Below are positions 1 through 10,700 of a stretch of 64,000 bases of DNA, in pieces. Source of the DNA: a virus. Its lineage: Duplodnaviria > Caudoviricetes. Position 1 is the stretch's first letter; each line of letters starts with the position of its first letter. The position numbers and the translations under genes were made by a program. Location: positions 32,001 to 96,000 of IMG/VR virus record IMGVR_UViG_3300021256_002372. The stretch is one strand, 5' to 3'. Under the pieces are notes generated by a model, which saw nothing but the letters and a program-made list of their open reading frames with translations, ran no database searches and was not told the origin of the DNA.

Positions 1-933
1 TGAAGATTCGCCATTATGTGCGCCAAACACATTGATCTCGTAGAGTTTCCGAAACTGCTCGTACTGCTTGGTGTCACTGAAAATGTCATCTGTGATGTAG
101 AGCAGGTTGTATCTGGTGTGCGTTGTGACACATGATGCCAGATCAAAGAGATTATCTGCACAAGGTACCTTGCCAGTATAGATAATCACATTCACGGGGT
201 AATGAATATCTGCGATGTCCTTTCTGAGAGTCTCCAGCATTACCGCCGTTTTATCTGCATATACCGAATTTACATAGAGGTGACACAGTGTGTGTGACGG
301 AAGCTGTTTGATGGAAAAACCACTTTCAGGTGCTGTTCCCAAGGTGAAATCGCATTCCGACAGGATGTTGTCAATCAATAGGTTCCCTTTGGCTGAACGC
401 TGCAGCATCGAGAGATGCGACTTCATATCTGATGGTCTGATCTTCTGTTTCCTCACCAATTCTTCAAGAGCTTCACCGATCCGTTCAACCGAATCATAGT
501 GACGGTTCATCTCCCGAAGGCTCTCAAACCGAAGTCCGAGCTGATCGTTGATAGTTTGGAGGAGTGAGATGTACTTGATGATCTGAACGGTCTGATCATG
601 AGGATACCCAAGGGTGGCAGCCTTTTGCTTAATGTAGCGAACAGCCTGTCCCACATCACTTCCATAGAATGAATCATATCCGCAGACATCTGAGTCGATA
701 TCGAATGATGCCACTTCATAATTTGAGCCACGAAAGACCGCATCCATATCATGATCCGTGAAATCTATAACGATCACAGATGTGTTTCCAGTTCCGTATG
801 AGCTGGCAATGAATCTTGTTACAACCTGATTCCTTATCACGCTACAATTACCACTGATCAGGCAAGATGCATTTGCAAGCTGCGTGAGCTTCTCATTGGC
901 TGCATTATAAGGAACAATCCTTCTTCTCATCAT
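1..933 (-). CDS. Degenerate VirD4/TraG-like P-loop protein (runs off left edge; absent from the ORF track)
   Basis: Translated by hand: open from ATG 933 (SD GAAAGGAG) to position 1, MMRRRIVPYN...SCLISGNCSVIRN...VIVIDF...NVFGAHNGESS. Strand-Gly and VIVID spacing resemble coupling-protein ATPases, but the Walker A GK(S/T) is missing. Family call is inference. Confidence 0.5.
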   Translation of the reverse strand, partial: MMRRRIVPYNAANEKLTQLANASCLISGNCSVIRNQVVTRFIASSYGTGNTSVIVIDFTDHDMDAVFRGSNYEVASFDIDSDVCGYDSFYGSDVGQAVRYIKQKAATLGYPHDQTVQIIKYISLLQTINDQLGLRFESLREMNRHYDSVERIGEALEELVRKQKIRPSDMKSHLSMLQRSAKGNLLIDNILSECDFTLGTAPESGFSIKQLPSHTLCHLYVNSVYADKTAVMLETLRKDIADIHYPVNVIIYTGKVPCADNLFDLASCVTTHTRYNLLYITDDIFSDTKQYEQFRKLYEINVFGAHNGESS

Positions 934-982
934 GTGTGCTCCTTTCCTGGAGACGCTGAAGCGCCTCCCTAATAATTGGCTG

Positions 983-2209
983 TTAGTTCCAAATGTTATT
1001 AGCCTGCTCTGAATTCAGAGCAATAATCACCACCTTCCTATTAGTAGCTGCGATAGGCTCAACAAGCTGTCCGTTCTCGATGTCATTCGTAAAGAACGGG
1101 TTTGCAGGGTCATAACCGAATCCTTTGATCCTAATGTCTGTAGTCACTCCCGCATCTCTTAACAGTCGCTCAATCGCTCGTCCTCTTTCCTCAGAGAGAG
1201 TAACCGATGATTCTGCCTCACCGTATGATGCTGTAGAGCAAACGAGCAGAAGATCAATGTGGTTGGTTTCTACAGTATCTGCGAAGGAAGCTATTTTCTC
1301 TCTTGCTACGGACTCATCCTTGATTTCCGCAGTCCCAGCTTTGAAGGCAATGTCCTCTTCACCGATCGTAACCTCAAAGTCAGCAGGGAGAGTATCAGGG
1401 ACATTTTCGAGGGTGATTTCTCGGATACTGCTTCCGTCATCGCCAATAGCAACGGGAGTGACGTTCGGCGCTGATTCAAAGACTGATACCGAATCAGGGA
1501 GATAGTAATTCATGCTAAAACTGCCACCGCCTGTCTCGACAATACTTTGCCAGAGCTCGGTAAGAAGTCGCTCTTCCTTGTCTGTAAGTGTTTCCTGATT
1601 TCCCGCCGTCTTCGCCATGTAGAACTGAACTGAACACCCAGAAAGATCTGGAATCGCATATGAGGTCTTCAGGTCTTCCACAGTTGCAGCAACGTCCAGC
1701 CGGTCGAGCGAAGACAACTCGGTCATATCAAGCTTGCCCGCGGTCGAAAGACCATTGGTGTATACGATGATGGTAGGAGAGTCTTTTCCGGCCATATCCT
1801 TTGCGGCAAGATTCAGCGCTTTCAACAGATCAACCTCATCTGTCTTAGGTGTCCAAGTAGTAATACTCTCAGATACTTCGACCGCCTTGCTGTTGACTCG
1901 GCGATTATAGTTACCTGACGAGAGGTTCTTTCCATCAATGAAGATGGAATCATGATACCCGATGAACGGATCACCGTCTGCGATGATATAGCTGAAGTAC
2001 CCGTTTGACTTGCAGGCATCTGCGATAGCAGGCTGAATCTCCGCCATGTCAAGGCATACGGAATTGGAATTGGATGCATTCACGACAGCAACATTGGCAG
2101 GATACTCTGCATCCGTTATTGTTGTGTCGCCACACCCACAAAGTGACAGTCCCAGCAGTGTTGTCCCTGTAATGCACAGCATTGCTTTGATAGTATTGAT
2201 ATTTTTCAT
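983..2209 (-). CDS. Lipoprotein with vWA-like domain and C-terminal OmpA/MotB-like peptidoglycan-binding domain
   Basis: Signal peptide with lipobox LCGC; MIDAS-like VVNASNS...IIVYTNGL; OmpA-like IAFKAGTAEI...LSEERGRAI...GFG...NRKVVI; SD AAAGGAGG. Confidence 0.8.
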   Translation of the reverse strand: MKNINTIKAMLCITGTTLLGLSLCGCGDTTITDAEYPANVAVVNASNSNSVCLDMAEIQPAIADACKSNGYFSYIIADGDPFIGYHDSIFIDGKNLSSGNYNRRVNSKAVEVSESITTWTPKTDEVDLLKALNLAAKDMAGKDSPTIIVYTNGLSTAGKLDMTELSSLDRLDVAATVEDLKTSYAIPDLSGCSVQFYMAKTAGNQETLTDKEERLLTELWQSIVETGGGSFSMNYYLPDSVSVFESAPNVTPVAIGDDGSSIREITLENVPDTLPADFEVTIGEEDIAFKAGTAEIKDESVAREKIASFADTVETNHIDLLLVCSTASYGEAESSVTLSEERGRAIERLLRDAGVTTDIRIKGFGYDPANPFFTNDIENGQLVEPIAATNRKVVIIALNSEQANNIWN

Positions 2210-2348
2210 GGTAGGTTCCTCCTTTAGGTTGTCTTGGCTTTACCTAACACTATTATCATAGCAGATAATTCTGAAATTGGATACTTCTATGTCATACAAA
2301 AAGATATTAATGCGGCAGCCATAGCAGTTCTACAACTGCCGCTCAGTA

Positions 2349-3161
2349 TCATTCCTCCTCTTCGCAAGTATCTTTGTCATCCTCATCATCCACAATGGGT
2401 GAGGGCTGCAGGCTATCAAGGACATGGCTCGGAAGTACAGCCTTGGAGAGTTCCTTTGCCGACTCGCTGTCGCCGAGTGCTGATGCAAACTTGTTCCTTG
2501 CCTCTCCTTTAGCTCGAACCGCATATGCTTTGATCAGCTCAATAGTAGCTAAATACTCATCATGATCCAGTTTTTTAAGATCGATACTCTCTCCCTGACT
2601 GAGTTCCAGCTCCCTTCCCCGTGCGCGGAGAGGAATAAGGATCTGCTCGTTGACATATGCGGCATTACGCTTGTCCCAGTGCGACTTCTGAATAGAAAGG
2701 AACAGCATGGCCAATGTAGAAGCAATAGGAATGCTGCCGAGAATCACATTAATCATGGTAGAAGAACTTGAGGACAGCTGAACAACCGTATTGCTCGTAG
2801 ATACATCACCTGTGCTGATTCTGAATGCGACCGACAATGCCGCTACAAGAGCGATAATTCCCGCAAGTGCGATACCGAAGATGATTGTTCTCTTCTTCTT
2901 CGTCATATACTCAAGCGTGGCGGGAAGCCACTGCGAGTAGAGATCGAGGACTGCAACGATGCCAAAAGAAGTAATCAGGGAAACAAGCATGTTTCCGTTC
3001 AGCACAGCATCATAAAGAGACCACAGCGCTACGAAGTCAATGGCTGTTCCAAGTACGACAATGAAGGTATAAGCGAATGCCTTGCAATAGAAAGGCGTCC
3101 CAGCCATGTACTTGTTAATTTTGTTAATGCGCTCATTTGCGCAGTTTCTTGCGTTTTTCAT
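2349..3161 (-). CDS. Four-TM membrane protein with C-terminal coiled/acidic tail
   Basis: Four hydrophobic stretches in aa ~28-157; abuts the upstream gene. Confidence 0.75.
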   Translation of the reverse strand: MKNARNCANERINKINKYMAGTPFYCKAFAYTFIVVLGTAIDFVALWSLYDAVLNGNMLVSLITSFGIVAVLDLYSQWLPATLEYMTKKKRTIIFGIALAGIIALVAALSVAFRISTGDVSTSNTVVQLSSSSSTMINVILGSIPIASTLAMLFLSIQKSHWDKRNAAYVNEQILIPLRARGRELELSQGESIDLKKLDHDEYLATIELIKAYAVRAKGEARNKFASALGDSESAKELSKAVLPSHVLDSLQPSPIVDDEDDKDTCEEEE

Positions 3162-3163
3162 CG

Positions 3164-3580
3164 TTAATGATCCTCCTTCAATTCATTGTTGAGTTCTTCT
3201 GTTTCGCGCTCAAGAAGTTCAATGACCTCTCGGAGCTGATACAGATGAGCCTCTTTGGTAGTGGCGATTTCCATAAGAGAATGCTGGTGCCTTACACGCA
3301 TAAGCCTTATCTTACGCAGAGCGATGTGTGCCTCTGCATCAATAATCGAGTCAAGAACATCACCGTTCTGCTTTCCATCGATATCGATGCTGTTGATCGC
3401 CTCCTGAATTGTTGCCTGGAAGCTAGCAAAGAAGTCGGCATATTCATCTGGTATGTGGTATGCAGACTGCGACCACGAGCTATTGTTGTCAAGCCAGTCA
3501 ATATATGCATATCTCTTATGCGATCTAGCGTCGAAGTCGTGGCGCTGATCATCGATCTTCTCTCTTTTCTTGCTACGCAT
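3164..3580 (-). CDS. Hypothetical coiled-coil protein
   Basis: Likely start MRSKKREK at 3580 behind SD AAGGAGG; helical, charged; tightly packed between neighbours. Confidence 0.65.
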   Translation of the reverse strand: MRSKKREKIDDQRHDFDARSHKRYAYIDWLDNNSSWSQSAYHIPDEYADFFASFQATIQEAINSIDIDGKQNGDVLDSIIDAEAHIALRKIRLMRVRHQHSLMEIATTKEAHLYQLREVIELLERETEELNNELKEDH

Positions 3581-3581
3581 C

Positions 3582-4163
3582 TTATTCACCCTCCTTATCT
3601 GTGATTCCTGCAAATTCCTTCGCCTTTGCATGGATTGCATCATCGATAACAGCGTTCGTGGATTGGTATGCAGCGTAAGCGCTGTTCTGCTCTACAGAAT
3701 ACAGTGCCGTCAAAATCGCCTCGGCTATCGGTTTCTTGGAAAAACCGTGGGCATATGCAATTGTTTGCGCTTTCAGCTTATCCACATAGGGCAGTAATGA
3801 TTCTCTCGCCTTAACCGCTTCCTTGCGAATCGAGCCGTCAAGTGAGATCAGCTTTGCTCTGCGCTCCTCCAAGAGCTTTCTCGCTCTTTTCTGCCCCATG
3901 CTTTTCCCGTTTGGCGATTCAGCATCATCAAGATTACTCATGATGATCTGCGCCTCGCTCCGGTACTGTTCAGTACTTTCTTCGAGTGCCTTCATCATCA
4001 GCGCCGCGTAGTCGGTAAATGCTGCGATGCGCCTTGCGATGAAGGCGGCATCCTCAACCTCTCCCTTGTTGCGCTTGAACCAGCGGTCAAGCACCCCTGC
4101 CAGATAGCAGAAGAACAGGACAGAGTTGCGAAATCTTGGTTTCTTATGCTTTTTAGTTTTCAT
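3582..4163 (-). CDS. Hypothetical coiled-coil protein, first gene of the membrane module
   Basis: 193 aa with SD GGAGG; downstream of a near-consensus promoter. Confidence 0.7.
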   Translation of the reverse strand: MKTKKHKKPRFRNSVLFFCYLAGVLDRWFKRNKGEVEDAAFIARRIAAFTDYAALMMKALEESTEQYRSEAQIIMSNLDDAESPNGKSMGQKRARKLLEERRAKLISLDGSIRKEAVKARESLLPYVDKLKAQTIAYAHGFSKKPIAEAILTALYSVEQNSAYAAYQSTNAVIDDAIHAKAKEFAGITDKEGE

Positions 4164-4215
4164 AAGTATCCCTCCATATCAGAAGCGTGTCGGCATATCG
4201 GTGTTCCATGGTTCC

Positions 4216-4244
4216 ATTATAAAGGATAGGAAAACAAAAATCAA
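4216..4244 (-). promoter_or_regulatory. SigA-type promoter of the 4163->1 operon
   Basis: TTGATT-17 bp-TATAAT on the - strand. Confidence 0.7.
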
Positions 4245-4265
4245 AGAGCTTATAATACAAAAAGA

Positions 4266-4298
4266 TAAAAAAAGAGACCTGTCATTACAACAGGTCTC
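4266..4298 (-). terminator. Intrinsic terminator after the HD gene
   Basis: GAGACCTGT-7 nt-ACAGGTCTC hairpin followed by a T run on the - strand. Confidence 0.8.
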
Positions 4299-4305
4299 GA
4301 ACAAG

Positions 4306-4995
4306 TTATAGTTCATGAAGTATTCGCTCAATTTCAGTAAGTTTTTTCAGCTTATGGGCTTTGGTGTCAATAATATTTCCGCCCATATACACATTATCAG
4401 ATTGTGCCATAACATCAGCTTCGCATAGTATCAAAAGATCCTTCCATATATTTATTCCATGTGATGAGGTAGGAAGATGTAGAGCGTTACGCTCAATGTG
4501 GTTGGCGATATTGTCGGTTGATATTTCAACAAGATATGGGTTTTCCTTATCATAAGGTTCATCAGGCAAAACATACGATATGAAATCATCATGATGCTCG
4601 ATATAGAAGCTGATAAGTGCTACCTCTGTTTTGCCGAAGCCTTGACACGGTAGGATTTGCTCTACAAGCTCTGCTGATTTCTTCGCATGATGATAGAAAA
4701 CAAGCCGTCCCTCTTTTTCTGTAGCAACATATGGTTTTCCTATATCATGATAGAGTGCAGCAACCTTCAAAATATCTGCAAAGGTCTTTACATCATCTAT
4801 TCTTGACAGAACCCCACTCACTGTCCGAAGTGAGTGTTCCATCAAGTCATAACAATGGTGCGGATTATTCTGCTTATATTCAACCATATTAGCGGCATCT
4901 ATTCCCAAGAGGATGCCCACCATGCGTTTATGCATATGAAGCCAATTATCCAAGGGAAAGTCTAACGAAAGAAACAGGTCTTCTTTACCAATCAT
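4306..4995 (-). CDS. Stand-alone HD phosphohydrolase (similar to the HD domain of CCA-adding enzymes)
   Basis: NPHH..DLMEHS, AALYHDIGKP, FYHHAKKS, IEHHDD, CEAD motifs. Confidence 0.85.
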   Translation of the reverse strand: MIGKEDLFLSLDFPLDNWLHMHKRMVGILLGIDAANMVEYKQNNPHHCYDLMEHSLRTVSGVLSRIDDVKTFADILKVAALYHDIGKPYVATEKEGRLVFYHHAKKSAELVEQILPCQGFGKTEVALISFYIEHHDDFISYVLPDEPYDKENPYLVEISTDNIANHIERNALHLPTSSHGINIWKDLLILCEADVMAQSDNVYMGGNIIDTKAHKLKKLTEIERILHEL

Positions 4996-5001
4996 ATCGG
5001 A

Positions 5002-7695
5002 TCACCTGTCTTTCTCACGATTCCTAAAGAGCTCATTTTGCTTTTCGATTCTCTCCATTAGTTCCTTATAGATGAAATGATTCTTGTCAACGATACGAAT
5101 ATATGGTCCATAGCTCATTAATCGAATAAGAACATCGATCTCATCATATTTATGATAGTAGAGCGTAAATCGATACAGTTTTGTTTTAGGGTTTATCAGT
5201 TCACAGCGCTTCCGCCAAGGAGCAAATTCATTCAATAATCTGTCTGGAATATTCTTAGTGTCAATAAATTCAACTGTTATTTGTTTACTTGTATTTTGAA
5301 GAAAATCCGATAGTATTTTCTGATAGTCTTCTGGGCTAAAGGTGCTGTCACAGGGGGTGATGCCCGTTATTCCGTCTATATTCATTATACGAACACGTTT
5401 TGAAGCGTCATCTACAACATATAGCCTGAAACGATCATCGCGCTTTGAGTATTCAATATGAAGAGGACAGTATGTTCCTTTATATTTTCTCCCTTTTCCG
5501 TCCGTATATCTGATTTGCAAACGAACACCCTTATGTAGCGCAGAAATAAGTGCTTGAAAAAATTCAGCATTGGGTTTATGACCTTTAGAATGATACCGAT
5601 CAAATACTACAATATCTGATACATTTATGGGTTTGATACTATCTGGTATCAAAGCAAGAATCTTATTTATAGTATCTGAAGACAGAAACAGATTCATTTT
5701 ATCGTCATTCAGAATAGTACATAACCATCGAAGCTCCCAGGCTGTAAGTGGAATTACATCAAAAAACAAATCTGGTTCCATTTTTTGAACAGCCTTATAT
5801 TTCATGTGATATACATAATCTTTTTTATCTTCAGGCGCGCCCTCGACCCATGTATCGTATTCCATATATCCGCACTTGATAAATAGAAGGCGATTTAATG
5901 CGGATAGTAGATTGTATTTGCTTTTAGAACTTACAAATGAAAGTCTTGTGTGTAAACCTATTTCTTGTTCTCGCTTTTTGTAACATGACTCAATACATTC
6001 TTTAAGTGCATCAGCAGATAAACAATCAGAGTGATTTTTGCCTGATTCATATAGAGATGATAAGACATCACCGAATAGCATAAAATAAACTCCAAAGAAT
6101 GGGTTGAAAAGAGAATCGCTGATGCTTTCTTTGATTCGCGTAAAGGATGTTCCTTTTGGAATAAACCAATTAGAATTAAATGACGTATCAGGCTTTAAAT
6201 CTTTGAAATGACTATCAAGTTCCTGATATTCATTTACTTCATCAGATAAATGGAATGCGTCTGTATCTATTCCGGAACACTCTACAATTCTAGAATAGAA
6301 GCTTCTGATCCATGGCCGCATTTCCCTTGGGTCTGTCACCTTAATTGAGAAAACAATTCTATCTTTTTGGATAGTGATTGTACCATGTCTTTTTTCATGA
6401 TTCAACCTATTTATTATATAGTATTCCGAACCATCTGGATTATATTGAATGACAAGCCTTACCTCTTTGAGAGGTACAGGACTTTGCGCATTATTCTCCT
6501 GTCTGTCAGTTGTTGAGACTCCCCAAGAATAACGAATACCTGTAAGAGCATTTGATATTTCTTCTTTAATTTGTGAATTCTTTAATGAGATATCTTCTCC
6601 GTTCATTTTTATGTTATCGATAAGTTCAAGAGCAGTAATCAGATCAAGCCGAATGTTAGAGTAACTATGGTTATGAGGTGCATAAAAAGAGAGGTATTGC
6701 CGTCCGTTTGTTTGACTCGCTCGTATTTGTAAAGGAAAACATATAAGATGTTGCTCTTCACCTGACATTGGGTTGGACTGTGTGATTTTGCACCACAGCT
6801 TATCCTCCATTGCCTTTAATAGGTCAATTATAATATAGTCATTAAGCGATTGAGCGAAATACTCATGTTTAAATCTGAATATACTTCTATCAGCTTTATG
6901 CGCACGAGATAAGAAATATGTTCCGTATTCGCCAAGCACGAAAAATCTGGAAAAGAAATCTATCGCATCAAAGAACAAATCGGCAGCATCTCCGCATTCA
7001 GAGATGATATACTGAAGTGTAATCTTGCTAAGTTTCCACTTGACATTTCGCTTGTCAGACGAGACCTCTCTTAGTAAATGAAGATTCTCTCTTGGAGTTA
7101 GATACTTTCTAACTATCTGATCTTCTTCAAGAAAGCCCTTAGATACAGGCGCACAGAATGCTGCAATTTGTTTATATGTCAGTTCTCGGCGTTCGTAGTT
7201 TTCAAGAAAGCTGTCAAGTAAAGAAGTGATGCTATGCGATATCCCATCTGAAATCTTGCGTTCTTCTGAGATTATTTCTTCAAATCGATCTTTATCAATA
7301 ATTTTCAAAGCTGGCAATGAATCTTCACCTACAGAGAAGAAGTTCTCTGCAAGTTCATATTTCTCACTAAGCGCTAATACAGTATTAAAAAAAATAACCA
7401 GATCAGCTTTAGTATACATTGAAAAGCGATAAACTCTGTGAAACGGATTGCACTGCTGTGACTGCGAATCAGCTGAAATAAATGCAACCTTACTTCTTTC
7501 GGTTGACCATTGAAAATACTGATCTTGACGAAGAATATTTGATAATCTCACCCAGTCTTCATCAAGTGTCTTACGGGTTCCTGAAAGCGTAGAATAATTC
7601 ATAAACCCATATGTATAGTAGTTGCGGAGTGGATTTCTGAATTTTTCGATAAATTTGCTTTTGATCATCTCTTCATGTGTTTGATTTGTCGGCAT
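5002..7695 (-). CDS. Tandem WYL-WCX protein (fused PafBC-like pair)
   Basis: Two WYL units (FPLQI...GRQYL...IRLDLI; CPLHIEYSKRDDRFRL...MNIDGI), each followed by a WCX-like unit (PWIRSFYSRI; IRLMSYGPYIRIV). Start MPTNQ at 7695 behind AGGGGTG. Confidence 0.85.
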   Translation of the reverse strand: MPTNQTHEEMIKSKFIEKFRNPLRNYYTYGFMNYSTLSGTRKTLDEDWVRLSNILRQDQYFQWSTERSKVAFISADSQSQQCNPFHRVYRFSMYTKADLVIFFNTVLALSEKYELAENFFSVGEDSLPALKIIDKDRFEEIISEERKISDGISHSITSLLDSFLENYERRELTYKQIAAFCAPVSKGFLEEDQIVRKYLTPRENLHLLREVSSDKRNVKWKLSKITLQYIISECGDAADLFFDAIDFFSRFFVLGEYGTYFLSRAHKADRSIFRFKHEYFAQSLNDYIIIDLLKAMEDKLWCKITQSNPMSGEEQHLICFPLQIRASQTNGRQYLSFYAPHNHSYSNIRLDLITALELIDNIKMNGEDISLKNSQIKEEISNALTGIRYSWGVSTTDRQENNAQSPVPLKEVRLVIQYNPDGSEYYIINRLNHEKRHGTITIQKDRIVFSIKVTDPREMRPWIRSFYSRIVECSGIDTDAFHLSDEVNEYQELDSHFKDLKPDTSFNSNWFIPKGTSFTRIKESISDSLFNPFFGVYFMLFGDVLSSLYESGKNHSDCLSADALKECIESCYKKREQEIGLHTRLSFVSSKSKYNLLSALNRLLFIKCGYMEYDTWVEGAPEDKKDYVYHMKYKAVQKMEPDLFFDVIPLTAWELRWLCTILNDDKMNLFLSSDTINKILALIPDSIKPINVSDIVVFDRYHSKGHKPNAEFFQALISALHKGVRLQIRYTDGKGRKYKGTYCPLHIEYSKRDDRFRLYVVDDASKRVRIMNIDGITGITPCDSTFSPEDYQKILSDFLQNTSKQITVEFIDTKNIPDRLLNEFAPWRKRCELINPKTKLYRFTLYYHKYDEIDVLIRLMSYGPYIRIVDKNHFIYKELMERIEKQNELFRNREKDR

Positions 7696-7765
7696 AGGAA
7701 TCACCCCTAAAAAGGCGGTGGAAAACTTGTCCCTTTTATTAAGCCAAGCATTCCACCTCAATTTG

Positions 7766-10700
7766 TTACTCTATTGGTTCTTTTACAAGTTTAATCAGCC
7801 TCGTGAAACCTTCATCATCGAACAATTCCTTTGTAAGTTGCTGTAACTCTGAAAGTGTAATCAGTTGCCCCTTATTTCCATGAGCCGATGGATTTCTGAT
7901 GTCTCTAATATTAGCGATAAAGGCAGCATGCAAACGCCAATCACGAGCACTGCCAAAAGAACCGTTTGCCAAATCAGCGATATTACTCGTTGTATTGCTC
8001 GCATTATTGCCGTGGGAAACATTGATCGGAAATGCAAACGATCCTATTGTTAACTTCTGTTTTTGGGATTGCGGAAGTCTTCGGATTGCCCCCCATGTGT
8101 ATTTTTCGCGAGCATCCTTTCTTAAATCTGTTTTTACATCTACTAATACTTGACTATAAATATCTGTGTGGTATTCTTTCAGCATGCTCTCAATCAGCTT
8201 ACAGTACATGATAGAAACCGGGCTATAATCAAGAGTAGACAGATCGCCGCCAATGCTTCCGTTAATAAACATTTTTTCAAGTTGTGCTGCTAATCGAAGA
8301 GAATCAATAAAGCACGATGGAATATTATATCTCTGATGGAAAACATTAAATTCTTCTTCCGAGATCTTTAGAATATCCCAAACTGCGGGTAATTCTGTTT
8401 CGGTCTTATCAACAGCAGTCTGAAGACTTTCTTCCATATCAGCAGCGTATCCATCAATAGCATAGGATAATCTCGCATCCGAAATATCAGTTTCTTCAGA
8501 GTTATGCGGCGGTAGATAGGCATTGAGTCTTGGCAAATCACGCAATCCGGTAAGTACCTTTTGAGGATCACCGTTTGCTGTTAAAATACCGTTCAGCGTG
8601 TTTGTGATGTTTTTTACACTAATTTGTATTGTTTGATTTTCTATGATAGTACCTGTGTTAATGACGTCAACAGCAACACGTTTTCTGAATTCGGTCATCT
8701 TTTCGGAAGGTATGCTTGTGTCAAGATATGCCATAGATAACAAATTATATTTCGCATCAGGAGACAGACGATCAAACTCTTCCTTAGCTGTTGATAATGT
8801 TGACGCTTTATCCTCTTCAAGTTCAAATTGTGGATCCTCTGGAGGTGCAGCAAGTCTATTCTCAATCTGCTCACAGCTCATTTGATTGATACCAAGAAAA
8901 GCATAGTAATAAAACACCGTTGTGAAAGTGTATGCGCAGACAATACCGCTCTCATCTCGCTGCTCACGCAAAATCCCACGCTTCACTGCAATTTCGATAG
9001 AATCACCGATCGTATTTGCATACAAGTCTTTCAGACGCATAGAATTGAAAACAGATTTCGGAAAACTTTCGTTGCTTGGATTCTCCCTCAGCCATTGCGC
9101 AATATACATCAGGAACAGCATGTCCGTTTCTTTATCAAGATTTTTGACAACTGCATCGTAAATGTGGATGATTCCTTCTACAACACTCCCATTTGTAGTT
9201 TGCTCATGCTTCTGCCGATTCAGCAATGTTTGAACCGCCCATGTAATATCTGAAGGGAAAATAGTATTTCTATTCGTGAAGGAAGAAGCATCCCTGCATA
9301 CTTTTCTCAGAATTGTATTGCAAATCTCCTTTCCGTATAAGGCAATTCCGCCTGTATAAGTATACAGCGCATCAATCGCAGAATCCGAATAACAAATCAA
9401 GTCTTTCGGAAATTCTTCTGCCTCGCAGATCATTTTCCTGAATCCATCTCTCGGCAGCGGACCAACCAAGATGCCGGTATCTGGAATAATCTTTCTCCAA
9501 ACCGATTTCTCTGTTGAGGTCATCTGTTTCAAAAGCTCGTCAGATCCGCACAGCACAAGACGAACAGCATGCGGATATTCCGGATCCGAAATCTTCAAAT
9601 CCGAGCAAACTAAAGCAAAGGCAGATGTTGCGGACTCTATATTTTTCCATTGACGGACTACCTCTTGAAATTCATCCATCAGCAGCCACAGTTCTGTTTC
9701 ATTTTTGCGGAGAAGTTCCTCAAGGTTTGAATATCGATCCACCAAATTCGATTTCTTGTCGCTTAGTACAGACGTTATTTGTTTTTTCAGTTCTTGTGTT
9801 AATTCTTCGCCGACAACGGCAAATCTTTTTGGCTTATCAATGCTGTGGATAATAGAGTCGCAGAGCAAATAATCAGATACCTCTGAGGCGTTTGAATAGT
9901 CTAAAGGTGTATCGTCGTAGAATTTTATCGTATAATCGCGTTCTTTGAAGGTTCTTTCACCCGCTAGAAGAATCGTTATAATACGTTTTGCAGACGAGTT
10001 TGGGGCAGTTACATTTTGTTTACTCAAAAAACGTCTTACCCAATTCAGCAGAGATGTTTTTCCGATTCTTGACGGTCCATACAGAACTGTCAGCCCTTCC
10101 TTTAATGACTGACGTAGCTTTTCCTTATCATTTTCCCGTCCGAACAGCATTTCTTCATCTGTAACCGCACTGTCCACATGATACCATTGCTTTTTCTCCG
10201 AAATCCCAACGCTTTCCTGGTCGTGATGAATTTGCAATGTCTTTCTGAATCGGGAGTATAGTACTTGATTCAGCCAAGCAGATACTGTGACATCAACAGT
10301 TGAAAGATTTTCCAGTTGAATTGGCAGTTTGACGCAGAAGCCGCTAACATAACCGTGACGAAGTTCTGTAATTGTATTATCCATTCCGATTATGATTTCG
10401 TTCGGATTATCATTGAAACTCAAAGTGATTTTAACATGATTATCGCCCAGATTGTCAAGATTCACGGTACTGTGTCCGACATTTAGGATTTGTGCATAGA
10501 TGCATCCATCCGAACAAGAATCATTCACAATTTCAATATGAAGTCTAACATCTTTTTCAAGCTGTTTTATTTCGTGCTCAACTGCTTTTTGCAGATATCC
10601 GGCGAATCTAGAATAGAAGACTGTAGCGATATTTAAGGACTTCAGTATGATAAGGCGCTGTTCAAGAGAAGTGTCCTTATGCAAGACCTTCTGTAGCACC

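Noticed and set aside
983-3161. Zorya ZorAB or MotAB
   Set aside because: The OmpA domain is on a lipoprotein with a vWA-like domain rather than a single-TM ZorB; no ZorC/D/E visible.
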